In this document: positions 1 through 11,588 of the stretch, in pieces | How the letters are laid out: every line of letters starts with the position of its first letter | Numbering within the stretch: position 1 is the stretch's first letter | From: Eledone cirrhosa | Lineage: Eukaryota | Direction: 5' to 3' | Assembly: GCA_964016885.1 (NCBI GenBank) | Contig: OZ024740.1 | Span: forward strand, 408,828,001 to 408,892,000 | DNA length: 64,000 nt | Position numbers and translations under genes: made by a program | Notes under the pieces: model-generated | Databases searched by the model: none | Seen by the model: the letters and a program-made list of their open reading frames with translations, nothing else | What the model was told of the DNA's origin: nothing

Positions 1-1232
1 AGTATGGGTGCATAAAAGATGTAGTGGGATCACAGGTAAGCTAACTAAGAACATAGATTTTACATGTGGCCGGTGCTCTGGTGCAATAAGTAGCAGCAAG
101 TGCCCACAAAATACTAGCTCCTTCAACTGCGCAGAGGGTTCTATAGAAATAGTGGACAGCTTCCGTTATCTGGGTGACAAAATCAGCAGTGGGGGAGGGT
201 GCTCTGAAAGTACAGTAGCTAGAGTCAGAACTGGATGGAAAAAGTTCAGAGAGCTTATACCACTATTAGCCGCTAGAGGGTGCTCCCTAAAAATGAAAGG
301 CAGGTTATACGATGCCTGCATACGAACAGCAATGCTGCATGGCAGTGAGACCTGGGCATTGTGTGCAGAGGATATACGCAGACTAGAGAGGAACGAAGCT
401 TGCATGCTCCGCTGGATGTGCAATAGTAATATACGTGAACGGCAAAGCATAAACGAACTAAGGAAAAAATTAGAAATAAGAGGGATCAGATGTTGTTTAC
501 TCGAGAGAAGGCTACGTTGGTACGGTCACGTGATGCGCATGAAAGACGACAGCTGTATAACAAAGTGCAGGGCAATAAAGATAGACGGTAGCCACGGAGT
601 AGGCAGACCCAGAAAAACATGGGACGAGCTGATAAATTCCGACCTCACACGCTTACACCTCTCCAAGACAATGTCACTGGACCGAGACCTTTGGCGGTAC
701 TCAGTAATAGAGAAGACCCGCCTTACCTAAATACAAAGTAAAAACCTACTACAGTCAGTAGGCATCTCTATCAAAACACACCCCCGTCCCACCACCTCCA
801 CCCCACCCACACCGCCCCTTTCAATGTAAAGTTATGTTGGTCCCACAACATCCAGGCCGAAACAAATGAGATCGTGTAGGTGTCACGACAAAAAACACAC
901 AGTCCACGCTGTAAATGTGGCCGTGTAGGCAACACGGTAAAAACCTCCCAGCCCCACACTGTAAATGTGGTTGGTGTTAGGAAGGGCATCCAGCTGTAGA
1001 AAACCCGCCAGACAGTCCACGCTGTAATGTGGCCGTGTAGGCAACACGGTAAAAACCTCCCAGCCCCACACTGTAAATGTGGTTGGTGTTAGGAAGGGCA
1101 TCCAACTGTAGAAAACCCGCCAGACAGTCCTATGCGAGCAAGACAACCACTCTTGCCTCAAGTGGGAAAACCCCCGTCCAAACCCATGCAAGCGTGGAGC
1201 ACGGACGCTAAACCTGATGATGATGATGATGA

Positions 1233-1236
<4 letters not shown>
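1..1236 (+). mobile_element. RTE-clade LINE, family 1: 3' part (end of RT ORF, ~490-bp 3'UTR with internal duplication, (ATG)n tail); runs off window start
   Basis: ORF 8..730 has the RT C-terminal motifs FRYLG, LHGSETW, RRLRWYGHVMR, GRPRKTW and DRDLWR typical of RTE LINEs; the 3'UTR ends CGGACGCTAAACC(TGA)n followed by (TA)n. Near-identical copies at 28107-28947 and 59866-61270. Confidence 0.92.
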
Positions 1237-1279
<43 letters not shown>

Positions 1280-1338
1280 CTATATATATATATATATATA
1301 ATCTATATATATATATATATATATATCTATATATATAT

Positions 1339-1391
<53 letters not shown>

Positions 1392-1506
1392 CTATATATA
1401 TATATATATATATAATCTATATATATATATATATATATAATCTATATGTATATATATATATCTATCTATATATATATATATCTATCTATATATATATATA
1501 TATATC

Positions 1507-1587
<81 letters not shown>

Positions 1588-1874
1588 ATATATATATATA
1601 TCTATATATATATATATATATATATCTATATATCTATATATATATATATCTATATATCTCTATATATATATATATATCTATCTATATATATATATCTATC
1701 TATATATATATATATATCTATATATATATATATATATATATCTATATATCTATATATATATATATCTATATATCTCTATATATATATATCTATATATATA
1801 TATCTATCTATATATATATATATATATCTATATATATATATATATCTATATATATATATCTATATATATATATA

Positions 1875-1909
<35 letters not shown>

Positions 1910-1926
1910 ATATATATATTTTATAT
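1237..1926. repeat. (TA)n microsatellite with TC interruptions
   Basis: Directly visible; source of the spurious IYIY ORF 1446..1928. Confidence 0.97.
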
Positions 1927-3723
1927 GATCAGAAAAAGGAGGCCTGGAAATGTCATTATGAGAGACTGATGAATGTGGAGACCGAATGGGAGAGAGAGAA
2001 ATTACTCTTGGTAGATCCGACAGAGGGACCAGCTATTGAGATTGACGAATATAGGGTCCAAGAGGCGATTAGGGAAATGAAAAATGGTTAGGCGGCCGGA
2101 CCATTGGGAATAGTTGCTGAGATGCTGAAGGCATCAGGGGACGTTGGCACTAAACTGGTTGCACGCATCATCAATCAGGCTATATATGATGGTGTCATAC
2201 CCAAAGACTGGTGCAGCAGTATTCTCATAAATTGCTACAAAGGTAAAGGGGATGCTTTGGGGAGGAGCAATTATAGGGGTATAAAACTGATAGATCAGGT
2301 TATGAAAGTGGCAGAAAGGATTTTAGCACAACTAATTAGAGAAAGGGTCAAACTAGATGAGATGCAGTTTGGTTTTGTGCCTGGGAAGAGTACAACAGAT
2401 GCCCTCTTCTTGGTGAGACAAATGCAAGAGAGGTTCTTAGAGAAGAATAAGCCACTATACTTAGCCTTTGTTGACCTAGAGAAGGCCTTTGATAGGGTAC
2501 CCCGATCTGTCATCTGGTGGTCCCTAAGGAAGCTAGGTGTTGCGGAATGGCTTGTGAGGACAGTGCAAACTTTTTACAGAGGTACTCTCAGTAAAGTCAG
2601 GGTAGGAATGGAGTTTAGTGAGGAATTCCAGATAAAAGTAGGAGTACATCAGGGTTCGGTCCTCAGCTCGCTCTTGTTCATTATAGTCCTCCAAGCCATA
2701 ACAGAGGATTTTAAGACTGGCTGTCCATGGGAACTTCTCTATGCTGACGATCTGGTTCTTATAGCAGAATCAGTAGAGGAGTTAGAGAATAAATTCTGGC
2801 TATGGAAACAGCAGTTGGAAGCAAGAGGACTGAGAGTGAATCTAGCTAAGACAAAAGTGTTGATGAGTAGAAAAGAGGACAAAACCCTGATTCCGTCAGG
2901 GAAATGGCCATGTTCGATATGCAGAAAAGGAACTGGCATAAATTCTATAAAATGCACACAATGCAGATCCTGGGTACACAAGAGATGTAGCGGGATAGCA
3001 GGCAAACTAACAGGTAGGGAGAAATATGTATGCAGTAGATGTACAGGAAATTAGACAGTAGAAGTCGCATTGATAGACACATTTTTCAAATGCAGGAGGG
3101 CGCTATAGAAGTGGTGGATAGCTTCTGGTACCTAGGAGATCAGATTAGCATGGGAGGAGGGTGTTCCGGGGCCATAGTATCTAGAATAAGGACGGGTTGG
3201 AAGAAGTTTAGGGAGCTGCTTCCTCTGTTGACGAAGAAGGGTTTCTCCCTGCGTACGAAAGGCCGGTTGTATGATGCCTGTGTGAGGAGCGTGATGCTGC
3301 ATGGTAGTGAGACATGGGCAGCAACTGCAGAGGATATGCGACGGCTGGAGAGAAATGAGGCAAGCATGCTCCGTTGGATGTGCGTGAACGACCCAGCATA
3401 AATGTGTTGAGAGAGAAACTGTGTCTGAGAGGGATAGAATGTAGTGTATGGGAGAGGAGACTGAGGTGGTATGGACATGTGATGTGCATGGAGGATGACC
3501 GATGGGTGAAGAAGTGACAGGAAATGCCAGTTGAAGGAAGACGTGGTAGAGGTAGACCACGAAAAACATGGGCGGAGGTGGTGAGAACAGACCTCAGATC
3601 ATTGAAGCTCACGGTGGAGATGACGAGGGACCGTGACGAGTGGAGAGATGCTGTGCTGAATAAGACCCGTCCCACCCTTGCAAGCAGGGAAAAGCGGACG
3701 TAAAATGATGATGATGATGATGA
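1927..3723 (+). mobile_element. RTE-clade LINE, family 2: 5'-truncated and frameshifted
   Basis: ORF 2104..3054 contains KGKGD..NYRGI, QFGF, FVDLEKAFD, GVHQGSVLS, LYADD and KTK. It continues after a frameshift in 3039..3401 (YLG, HGSETW). Short 3' end CCCGTCCCACCCTTGCAAGCAGGGAAAAGCGGACGTAAA(ATG)n. Confidence 0.92.
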
Positions 3724-4017
3724 TATCTATATCTATATATATATATATATATATATATATCTATATCTATATATATATATGTAAGTATGTATGTATACGT
3801 ACATACATATATGTATACAGACGTACAGTAGCATGCATATATATATATATATATATATATACATACAGGTACACATACATATATGCACGTATCAGTTTAG
3901 CGGACGCTTATTATAGCGCCCGCTTTGTTCGTTTGTAAACAAACTGAACAGCCTGAATTTATGCCGTACGGTGCCGTACTAAGAGTGAGAAATGAAATTT
4001 TGTTTTCATTTTATTAC

Positions 4018-4127
<110 letters not shown>

Positions 4128-4164
4128 CAACAAAGAACGCTTAGAGCATAGGTATATCTTTACT

Positions 4165-4210
4165 TGCTAACAGTGTTTCGTCCACACTATAAGTGGGACT
4201 CATCAGAGCA
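4165..4210 (-). ncRNA. Type I hammerhead ribozyme in the PLE 1 pseudo-LTR (left copy)
   Basis: Reverse complement reads UGCU-CUGAUGA-GUCC(CACUUAUAGUGU)GGAC-GAAAC-ACU-GUU-AGCA: intact core boxes, helix II GUCC/GGAC, helix I UGCU/AGCA, minimal helix III. Confidence 0.8.
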
Positions 4211-6460
4211 TAAAGAGTGATTACATATTACACAAGCAATAACAAAGCCAAGACAGAAGAATATATATGGGGATGCCATAAGTTGGGAGGAGTTTAAAGA
4301 GTAGAGTAAATAGAGTGTAGAAAATAAAATTGGAGGATAAAGAATAGTGAAAAGTAAAAAATAAACATTGAAGAAATAAAAAATAAACATTGAAAAATAA
4401 GCATAGAAAAATAAGAGGTGCTATCAGTCACAGTTGGGCAGGGTGCTGTTAACATACAGTTACATACAAGCATACGCATAAGCATGAGCACCCGCATGCA
4501 ACCACACAACAGGCAGCCATATGCAACACATATAGTATAGACTAATACAAATAACATATCATGGACGAGTATGCAAAAGCTAAGAGATAAATGGTGGATA
4601 TACAATGGGTAAAAATAGGATAAACAAAGGATAAAAAATGGATAAAAATAGATTAACCATAGATAAAAAATAGATTAACCATGGATAAGAGATAGAGAAT
4701 AGATAAGGAATAGACAAAAATAGATAAGAGTAGATAAAAATAGATAAAAAATAGATAAAAAATAGACAAATAATATATATAAAAAATATATATATAAAAT
4801 ATACAGATAATAAAGATAAAGGGTAAAGAATAAAATAAAATTAAATTAAAATTATATAAAATAAAATACAATGAGATAAAATAAAATAAAGTAAAGTGAG
4901 ATAAGATATATATTTTTTGAATATATTTCTTGAATGTATCAGGGGCACACGAACGCCTTAAGTGTTACAGTTAGCCATATCACAACAATCAAATGTTCAA
5001 ATGAGATTTATAATCAACAGGTGCTATGTCCACACTCGATTGAGTTGACCATTGCAATGCAATGGAGACATCCCAGGTTGGGCAGTCACAGAAGTTCACA
5101 CTCGAAAGTCACGGGTGTGCATTCACACAGTTGAGCGGTGGGGCAATCACAAAAGGTTCACACTCGGGCAGGAATCTATTGGTCAACAGAAGTATATCCA
5201 CATCACTAGCAAGGACGTATGCAAGGAAGGTAGGTAAATTCACATGCAGCAGCAGGAACATCAATGGGCAGATAACTGAGTGTCACAACGTCACAAGGTA
5301 GCAAGCAAATTCGTTTACATCAACATGAACATCAAGAGGCAGATAAGTGGGCCGAAAGCAAGCAAGTGCAGGTGGGCTAGCCGAAAGCAAGCAAATACAG
5401 TTGGGTTAATATGCATACTCAACAGCGCATATAAAAAATAGCTTCAAAAGCCAATATCAATGAAATCACAACATTGAGGCATCCCAAGAATATACACAAC
5501 AATATGGTTAGTACGTATATGCATATACACACACCACATGCATATGCAGAGACGGTATATATATATATATATTTATATATAGACATATACAACCACCTAC
5601 ACTCATACACATATAAATGTATATACAGACACACACGCACACACACAGCGTAGGACACCCGGGTCAAAACGGATATAATACACAGAAATATATTAGGCTA
5701 ACAAGAGGCAGAACCCACAACAGTCGCTCACACTGGTCACAGATAATATATTTTTTTCCAGCAAAATTAATCAAAATAAATTCTTACGAGGAGATGCAGC
5801 AAAATTAATCAAAGTAAATTCTTACGAAGAGATGCATGTCCACACGTGTAGTCACCCGATTCAAGTGTAAACAGACCGTTAATAACTACGGAGGGCTATC
5901 GGGGCCAAAACGTTATTTTTGGGATAATAACAACGACCGTCAATATATGGAAGGCCGATTGTGCTAGAAAGACTACAACACCGGGCAAGAGCTCCCCGAA
6001 GTCAGCCTGTAGATCTTAAACCACAGAATAGGAGGGTAACACGTGCATGTGCTACATATCTACTGCTCACGGCGAGATGGCACAGGTCCGCTCACAGTTA
6101 CAGGCTAGATTTCCATTTGTGCAACTTATAGCGCAGTACACGCTCTACATAGATATATTACATCATAACTCATGTGCATACAGAGGTACAGATCCGTAAA
6201 ATACACGTTGGGATAGACCCACCAATGCACTAAGGGTGGCTAGGCGAGCGTGGATGGGTCACATCCACTGTGCCAAACAGGGGTGCTTATTAACATACAC
6301 ACCAACTCACCTGTACACCTCAATATCCAGATCAATATTCTCCCGCAGGCATACATATACACACACAGACTCATATACACAGAAGACAAACAATAGGAAA
6401 CAATTACACACAATAAGAGACAGTTACACAAGATAGCCCAACTGGAGAATTAAGAAAGTG

Positions 6461-6800
6461 CTAGCTAATAGGTTTAAAGTAGAAGAAAGAGCTTAATATT
6501 CGGTGGGGGCAAGAGGAAAATATTTCTGACTTTCTGTTTAGTAGAGAGCATTTAGCAAATATAATAGAGTGGGATTCAGTAAGGCATAGGTTACATACTC
6601 TATTATGAGGAGTATATGGATGGGATTTAGCAACCTGCCGCCAAGTGAGGGTGTAATGTGTTCGTGCATTTTTTAAGTTGTGGACGTACGCTGCCAAGGA
6701 GGTGGAATTCCTCAGTTTATTGTGTCTAAAAGTGCACTGGTGAGAGTTAAACCTGGTCTTAAAGGGGGTGGAAGTTGATCCTATATAAGTTTTAGTGGAC
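6461..6800 (-). pseudogene. GIY-YIG endonuclease C-terminal fragment of PLE 1
   Basis: YIG motif, conserved R (KTRF), H, CxLCxxE and LN..CxH motifs; 5'-truncated at the inversion junction. Confidence 0.85.
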
Positions 6801-6805
6801 GCCGT

Positions 6806-7766
6806 AGGCGTTCGTGTGCCCCTGATACATTCAAGAAATATATTCGAAAAATATATATCTTATCTCACTTTACTTTATTTTATTTTATCTCATTGTATTT
6901 TATTTTATATAATTTTAATTTTATTTTATTTTATTCTTTACCCTTTATCTTTATTATCTGTATATTTTATATATATATTTTTTATATTTTTTATATATAT
7001 TATTTGTCTATTTTTTATCTATTTTTTATCTATTTTTATCTACTCTTATCTATCTTATCTATTTTTGTCTATTCCTTATCTATTCTCTATCTCTTATCCA
7101 TGGTTAATCTATTTTTTATCTATGGTTAATCTATTTTTATCCATTTTTTATCCTTTGTTTATCCTACTTTTACTCATTGTATTTTTACCCATTGTATATC
7201 CACTATTTATCTCTTAGCTTTTGCATACTCGTCCATGATATGTTATTTGTATTAGTCTATACTATATGTGTTGCATATGGCTGCCTGTTGTGTGGTTGCA
7301 TGCGGGTGCTCATGCTTATGCGTATGCTTGTATGTAACTGTATGTTAACAGCACCCTGCCCAACTGTGACTGATAGCACCTCTTATTTTTCTATGCTTAT
7401 TTTTCAATGTTTATTTTTTATTTCTTCAATGTTTATTTTTTACTTTTCACTATTCTTTATCCTCCAATTTTATTTTCTACACTCTATTTACTCTACTCTT
7501 TAAACTCCTCCCAACTTATGGCATCCCCATATATATTCTTCTGTCTTGGCTTTGTTAATGCTTGTGTAATATGTAATCACTCCTTATGCTCTGATGAGTC
7601 CCACTTATAGTGTGGACGAAACACTGTTAGCAAGTAAAGATATACCTATGCTCTAAGCGTTCTTTGTTGTTAATTATATTACGGCTTTGTCCTCAGACAT
7701 CGAGCTAACCTTATACTGCCTATTGGATAAGTGGAGTGTTACACACTCCTAATCCTCTCCCTTATA

Positions 7767-7770
<4 letters not shown>
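6806..7770 (+). repeat. Inverted pseudo-LTR copy of PLE 1 (reverse complement of 4121-4958) plus ~95-bp 3' extension
   Basis: AGGCGTTCGTGTGCCCCTGATAC... to ...TCTTTGTTGTTAATTA matches 4958->4121 almost perfectly. The ORF track shows near-identical spurious peptides on opposite strands (4294..4605 vs 7177..7503). Confidence 0.93.
7587..7632 (+). ncRNA. Type I hammerhead ribozyme in the PLE 1 pseudo-LTR (right copy)
   Basis: TGCT CTGATGA(7591-7597) GTCC..GGAC GAAAC(7618-7622) ACT GTT AGCA; predicted cleavage after GUU at 7628. Confidence 0.8.
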
Positions 7771-7797
<27 letters not shown>

Positions 7798-7810
7798 GAT
7801 ATATATATCT

Positions 7811-7847
<37 letters not shown>

Positions 7848-7850
<3 letters not shown>

Positions 7851-10800
7851 TCATCATCATCATCAGGTTTAGCGTCCGTGTTCCACGCTTGCATGGGTTT
7901 GGACGGGGGTTTTCCCACTTGAGGCAAGAGTGGTTGTCTTGCTCGCATAGGACTGTCTGGCGGGTTTTCTACAGTTGGATGCCCTTCCTAACACCAACCA
8001 CATTTACAGTGTGGGGCTGGGAGGTTTTTACTTTGTATTTAGGTAAGGCGGGTCTTCTCTATTACTGAGTACCGCCAGAGGTCTCGGTCCAGTGACATTG
8101 TCTTGGAGAGGTGTAAGCGTGTGAGGTCGGAATTTATCAGCTCGTTTCATGTTTTTCTGGGTCTGCCTACTCCGTGGCTACCGTCTATCTTTATTGCCCT
8201 GCACTTTGTTATACAGCTGTCGTCTTTCATGCGCATCACATGACCTACCAACGTAGCCTTCTCTCGAGTAAACAACATCTGATCCCTCTTATTTCTAATT
8301 TTTTCCTTAGTTTGTTTATGCTTTGCCGTTCACGTATATTACTATTGCACATCCAGCGGAGCATGCAAGCTTCGTTCCTCTCTAGTCTGCGTATATCCTC
8401 TGCACACAATGCCCAGGTCTCACTGCCATGCAGCATTGCTGTTCGTATGCAGGCATCGTATAACCTGCCTTTCATTTTTAGGGAGAACCCTCTAGCGGCT
8501 AATAGTGGTATAAGCTCTCTGAACTTTTTCCATCCAGTTCTGACTCTAGCTACTGTACTTTCAGAGCACCCTCCCACACTGCTGATTTTGTCACCCAGGT
8601 AACGGAAGCTGTCCACTATTTCTATAGAACCCTCTGCGCAGTTGAAAGAGCTAGTATTTTGTGGGCACTTGCTGCTACTTATTGCACCAGAGCACCGGCC
8701 ACATGTAAAATCTATGTTCTTAGTTAGCTTACCTGTGATCCCACTACATCTTTTATGCACCCATACTTTGCATTTGGGACATAAAATGGAGTTTCTACCT
8801 ACGCCTTTCCTACACACTGAGCATGGCCATTTCCCAGATGGGACTGCCGCCTTATTTTCTTTCCTACAAACTAGAACTTTAGTCTTAGCCAGGTTAATTT
8901 TAAGGCCTTTTGATTCTAGGCCGTGCTTCCATGTTTGGAATTTCTTCTCTAGTTCGGTCATTGATTCAGCTATGAGCGTTAGATCATCTGCGTATAGGAG
9001 TTCCCATGGGCAGCTGGTCTTGAACTCCTCTGTTATAGCCTGAAGGGCAATAATAAATAGTACGGGGCTAAGAACAGAGCCCTGATGAACACCAACTTTT
9101 ACACTAAACTCTTCACTATATTCGTTGTTAATTCTAACCTTACTGACTGTTTCTTTATACATGGCTTGTATAGCTCTCACAAGCCATTCGTCAACACCTA
9201 GTTTTCTAAGAGACCACCAGATAATGGAATGGGGGACTCTGTCGAAGGCTTTCTCCAAGTCGACGAAAAGTATAGGGGTTTACTTTTAGCTAGGTACTTC
9301 TCCTGTAGTTGTCGTACAATGAAAAGAGCGTCTGTGGTACTTTTTCCTGACACAAACCCGAACTACATTTCATCTAGATCAATTCGCTCTCTGATTAGTT
9401 GCGCTATTACTTTTTCCGTGACCTTCATGACCTGGTCGATTAATTTAATGCCTCTATAGTTACTCCTATCTAGGGCATCTCCTTTACCCTTATAACAGTT
9501 AACGATAATGCTGCTACGCCAGTCCTTCGGAACAACCCCATTCTGTATGACTTGGTTGACTATCCGGGTGACCATGGTGTGTCCCACCGTACCAGATGCC
9601 TTCAGTATCTCGGCAACTATTTCCGAAGGCCCAGCCGCCTTGCCTGTCTTTATATCTTTGATTGCCTTACTTATTATACTACCCTCGACTAACACTGCTG
9701 GTCCCTCTATTGGGTCGATGTGGGGGAGACTGTCTTTCTCCCATTTATTCTCCTCATTTAGTAGCATTTCATAGTGACACTTCCAAGCTACCTTCTTATC
9801 GGCGTCGGTGATGGCAAGTACGCCGTCATCGTTAAGTACACACTTCTCCCCGACAATATCACTGTTTTCCTTGACACATTGCCTAGCAATCCTGAACACC
9901 TCACGTTTTTGGTCCTCACGTTGTAGAACATGCTTGAACTTTCTTTCCTCTGCTTCCCTTCTTGCGAAGTACACTTGTCTCCTAGCTTCCCTCCTGGCCA
10001 CTTGATAGTCTTCTCTGCTTCCCCCATCCCGCCATACTTTCCAAGCCTGCTTTTTGGCCTTAATTGACCCCTCCACTTTACTGTTCCACCACCATGTTAC
10101 TCTCCTCCTGCCTACAGGCCTGCTCCAGCCACAGACTTCGTCTGCCGCCGTCAGCAGGTTTGCTTTCAGGAATTCCCACTGTTCCTCTACCTTGTACGTC
10201 TCTAATTACTCTTCCTCACTGTCGAAAGCATCAAGTAATATGCTTTGGAATTTATTTTTGGCTGTGGGGTCCTTTAGCTTCCATATTTTTCTCCTGAGGA
10301 TAGTCCTCTTCTGTTGTCTAGTACGTCTCGTCCTGACTATTAGGTCGCTAATTATCAGTCTATGTTGGGAAGTGCATTCTTCATGGGGGAGGGATTTAGT
10401 GTTTACGACAGTCACTTTGTCACGTCTTCTGGTAAGGTTATAATCTACCTGGCTAGTATGTTCCCCTGATCTGTAGGTGATCAAGTGATTGTCTCGTTTT
10501 TTTAAGTTAGTGTTGCAGATAGTTAGGTTATTTGCGTCGCAGAATTCCAGGATTCTGGAGCCTTCCTCATTTCTAGTACCAAACCCATAGCCTTCATGGA
10601 TTTCGTCGTAGCCGTCACAATGTTGTCCAACGTGACCGTTTAGGTCGCCTGCAATAATTATATAGTCACTGTCGGTTATTTGGGAGGTAGTGAGCATCAG
10701 TGTCTCATAGAATCTGTCTTTTATAGTGCTGGGCAGTCCGGATTGGGGTGCGTACGCGGATATTACTGTCACCGTAGTTCTATTGAGGACAAGTCTTATT

Positions 10801-11242
10801 TTAATTATTCTGTCGTTCACTCTATTTACGTCTATTATCTTATCTGCCCACTTTTCTGTTACCATGATTCCTACTCCACCCAGCCCATTGTCGTTTCCCA
10901 CCCAGAAAAGCTTATAGCATCGTTTTCTACCCACAATGTATCTAGCAGATCCACCCCTCCACCTGGTCTCTTGAATACAACAAACATCGACCTCCTTACG
11001 TTCAAGCGACCCTTTAAGGTGCCTACATTCAAGGTACCAAATCTGAAGTTTTGGATTGCGTTTGGGGGGTTGGAAAGGTGGGGAGCGGGGGGAGATGGGG
11101 TTATGTTAGCCATCCGCGGCCGAAACAAAGAGGCATGCTCGCATTCTCGTCCACGAGGTGTGATTGTCTTTAACTTTGGCATTGTCGCTGAGCGTCCAGA
11201 TTTTTCTCTCTTCAACTCTCCGGAACTCCGTAGTCCTTCCAT
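7848..11242 (-). mobile_element. RTE-clade LINE, family 1: near full-length but disrupted (APE endonuclease + RT + PHD-like finger)
   Basis: ORF pieces: 10871..11242 (GTLNVGT), 10206..10934 (APE: SAYAPQ, AGDLNGH, QVDY, SQH), 9363..10076 and 8245..9258 (RT LYADD), separated by stops and frameshifts. (CAT)n tail at 7848; 3'UTR internally deleted. The 5' boundary may extend toward ~11510. Confidence 0.93.
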
Positions 11243-11524
11243 CCTACATATCGAAGGCGACCAGGTAAGCGATAGTATAGGCCTCTGGCTTATGATTGGT
11301 CCACGTAATAATAATGGTGGTGTGTGGGGGCGGGAGGGAGGGGTGTTGAGTTGTTAGCGAGAAGGATAGGTTTAAGTGAGAACCCCGTTTTAACGAACAA
11401 AAATACAAGATTTGTTTAGTAAAATACGTCAAAAACTTCCGTATTTTTACAAGCATGACAGAAATACAAGAGATTTGTTTTGGAAAATACATGGGGAATG
11501 GAAATATTTATATATATATATATT

Positions 11525-11587
<63 letters not shown>

Positions 11588-11588
<1 letters not shown>

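Noticed and set aside
1214-1236. CTGATGA at RTE family 1 tails as a hammerhead core
   Set aside because: It is the start of the (TGA)n tail, with no helix II or GAAA downstream.
1446-1928. Long Ile/Tyr-rich ORFs (also 15240..15806, 16193..16759, 3925..4170)
   Set aside because: Translations of (TA)n microsatellite; not genes.
4294-4871. Hydrophobic ORFs resembling membrane proteins (mirrored at 6795..7610)
   Set aside because: Low-complexity T-rich pseudo-LTR sequence duplicated by the inversion.
11243-11510. HDV-like ribozyme at the RTE 5' end
   Set aside because: Plausible from what is known of RTE elements, but I could not build the nested double pseudoknot by eye, and it is unclear whether this segment belongs to the RTE.
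11412-11587. N-terminal extension of the 765-aa ORF
   Set aside because: Chance in-frame read-through of unrelated sequence and (TA)n; PLE homology starts at RWRAFHF.
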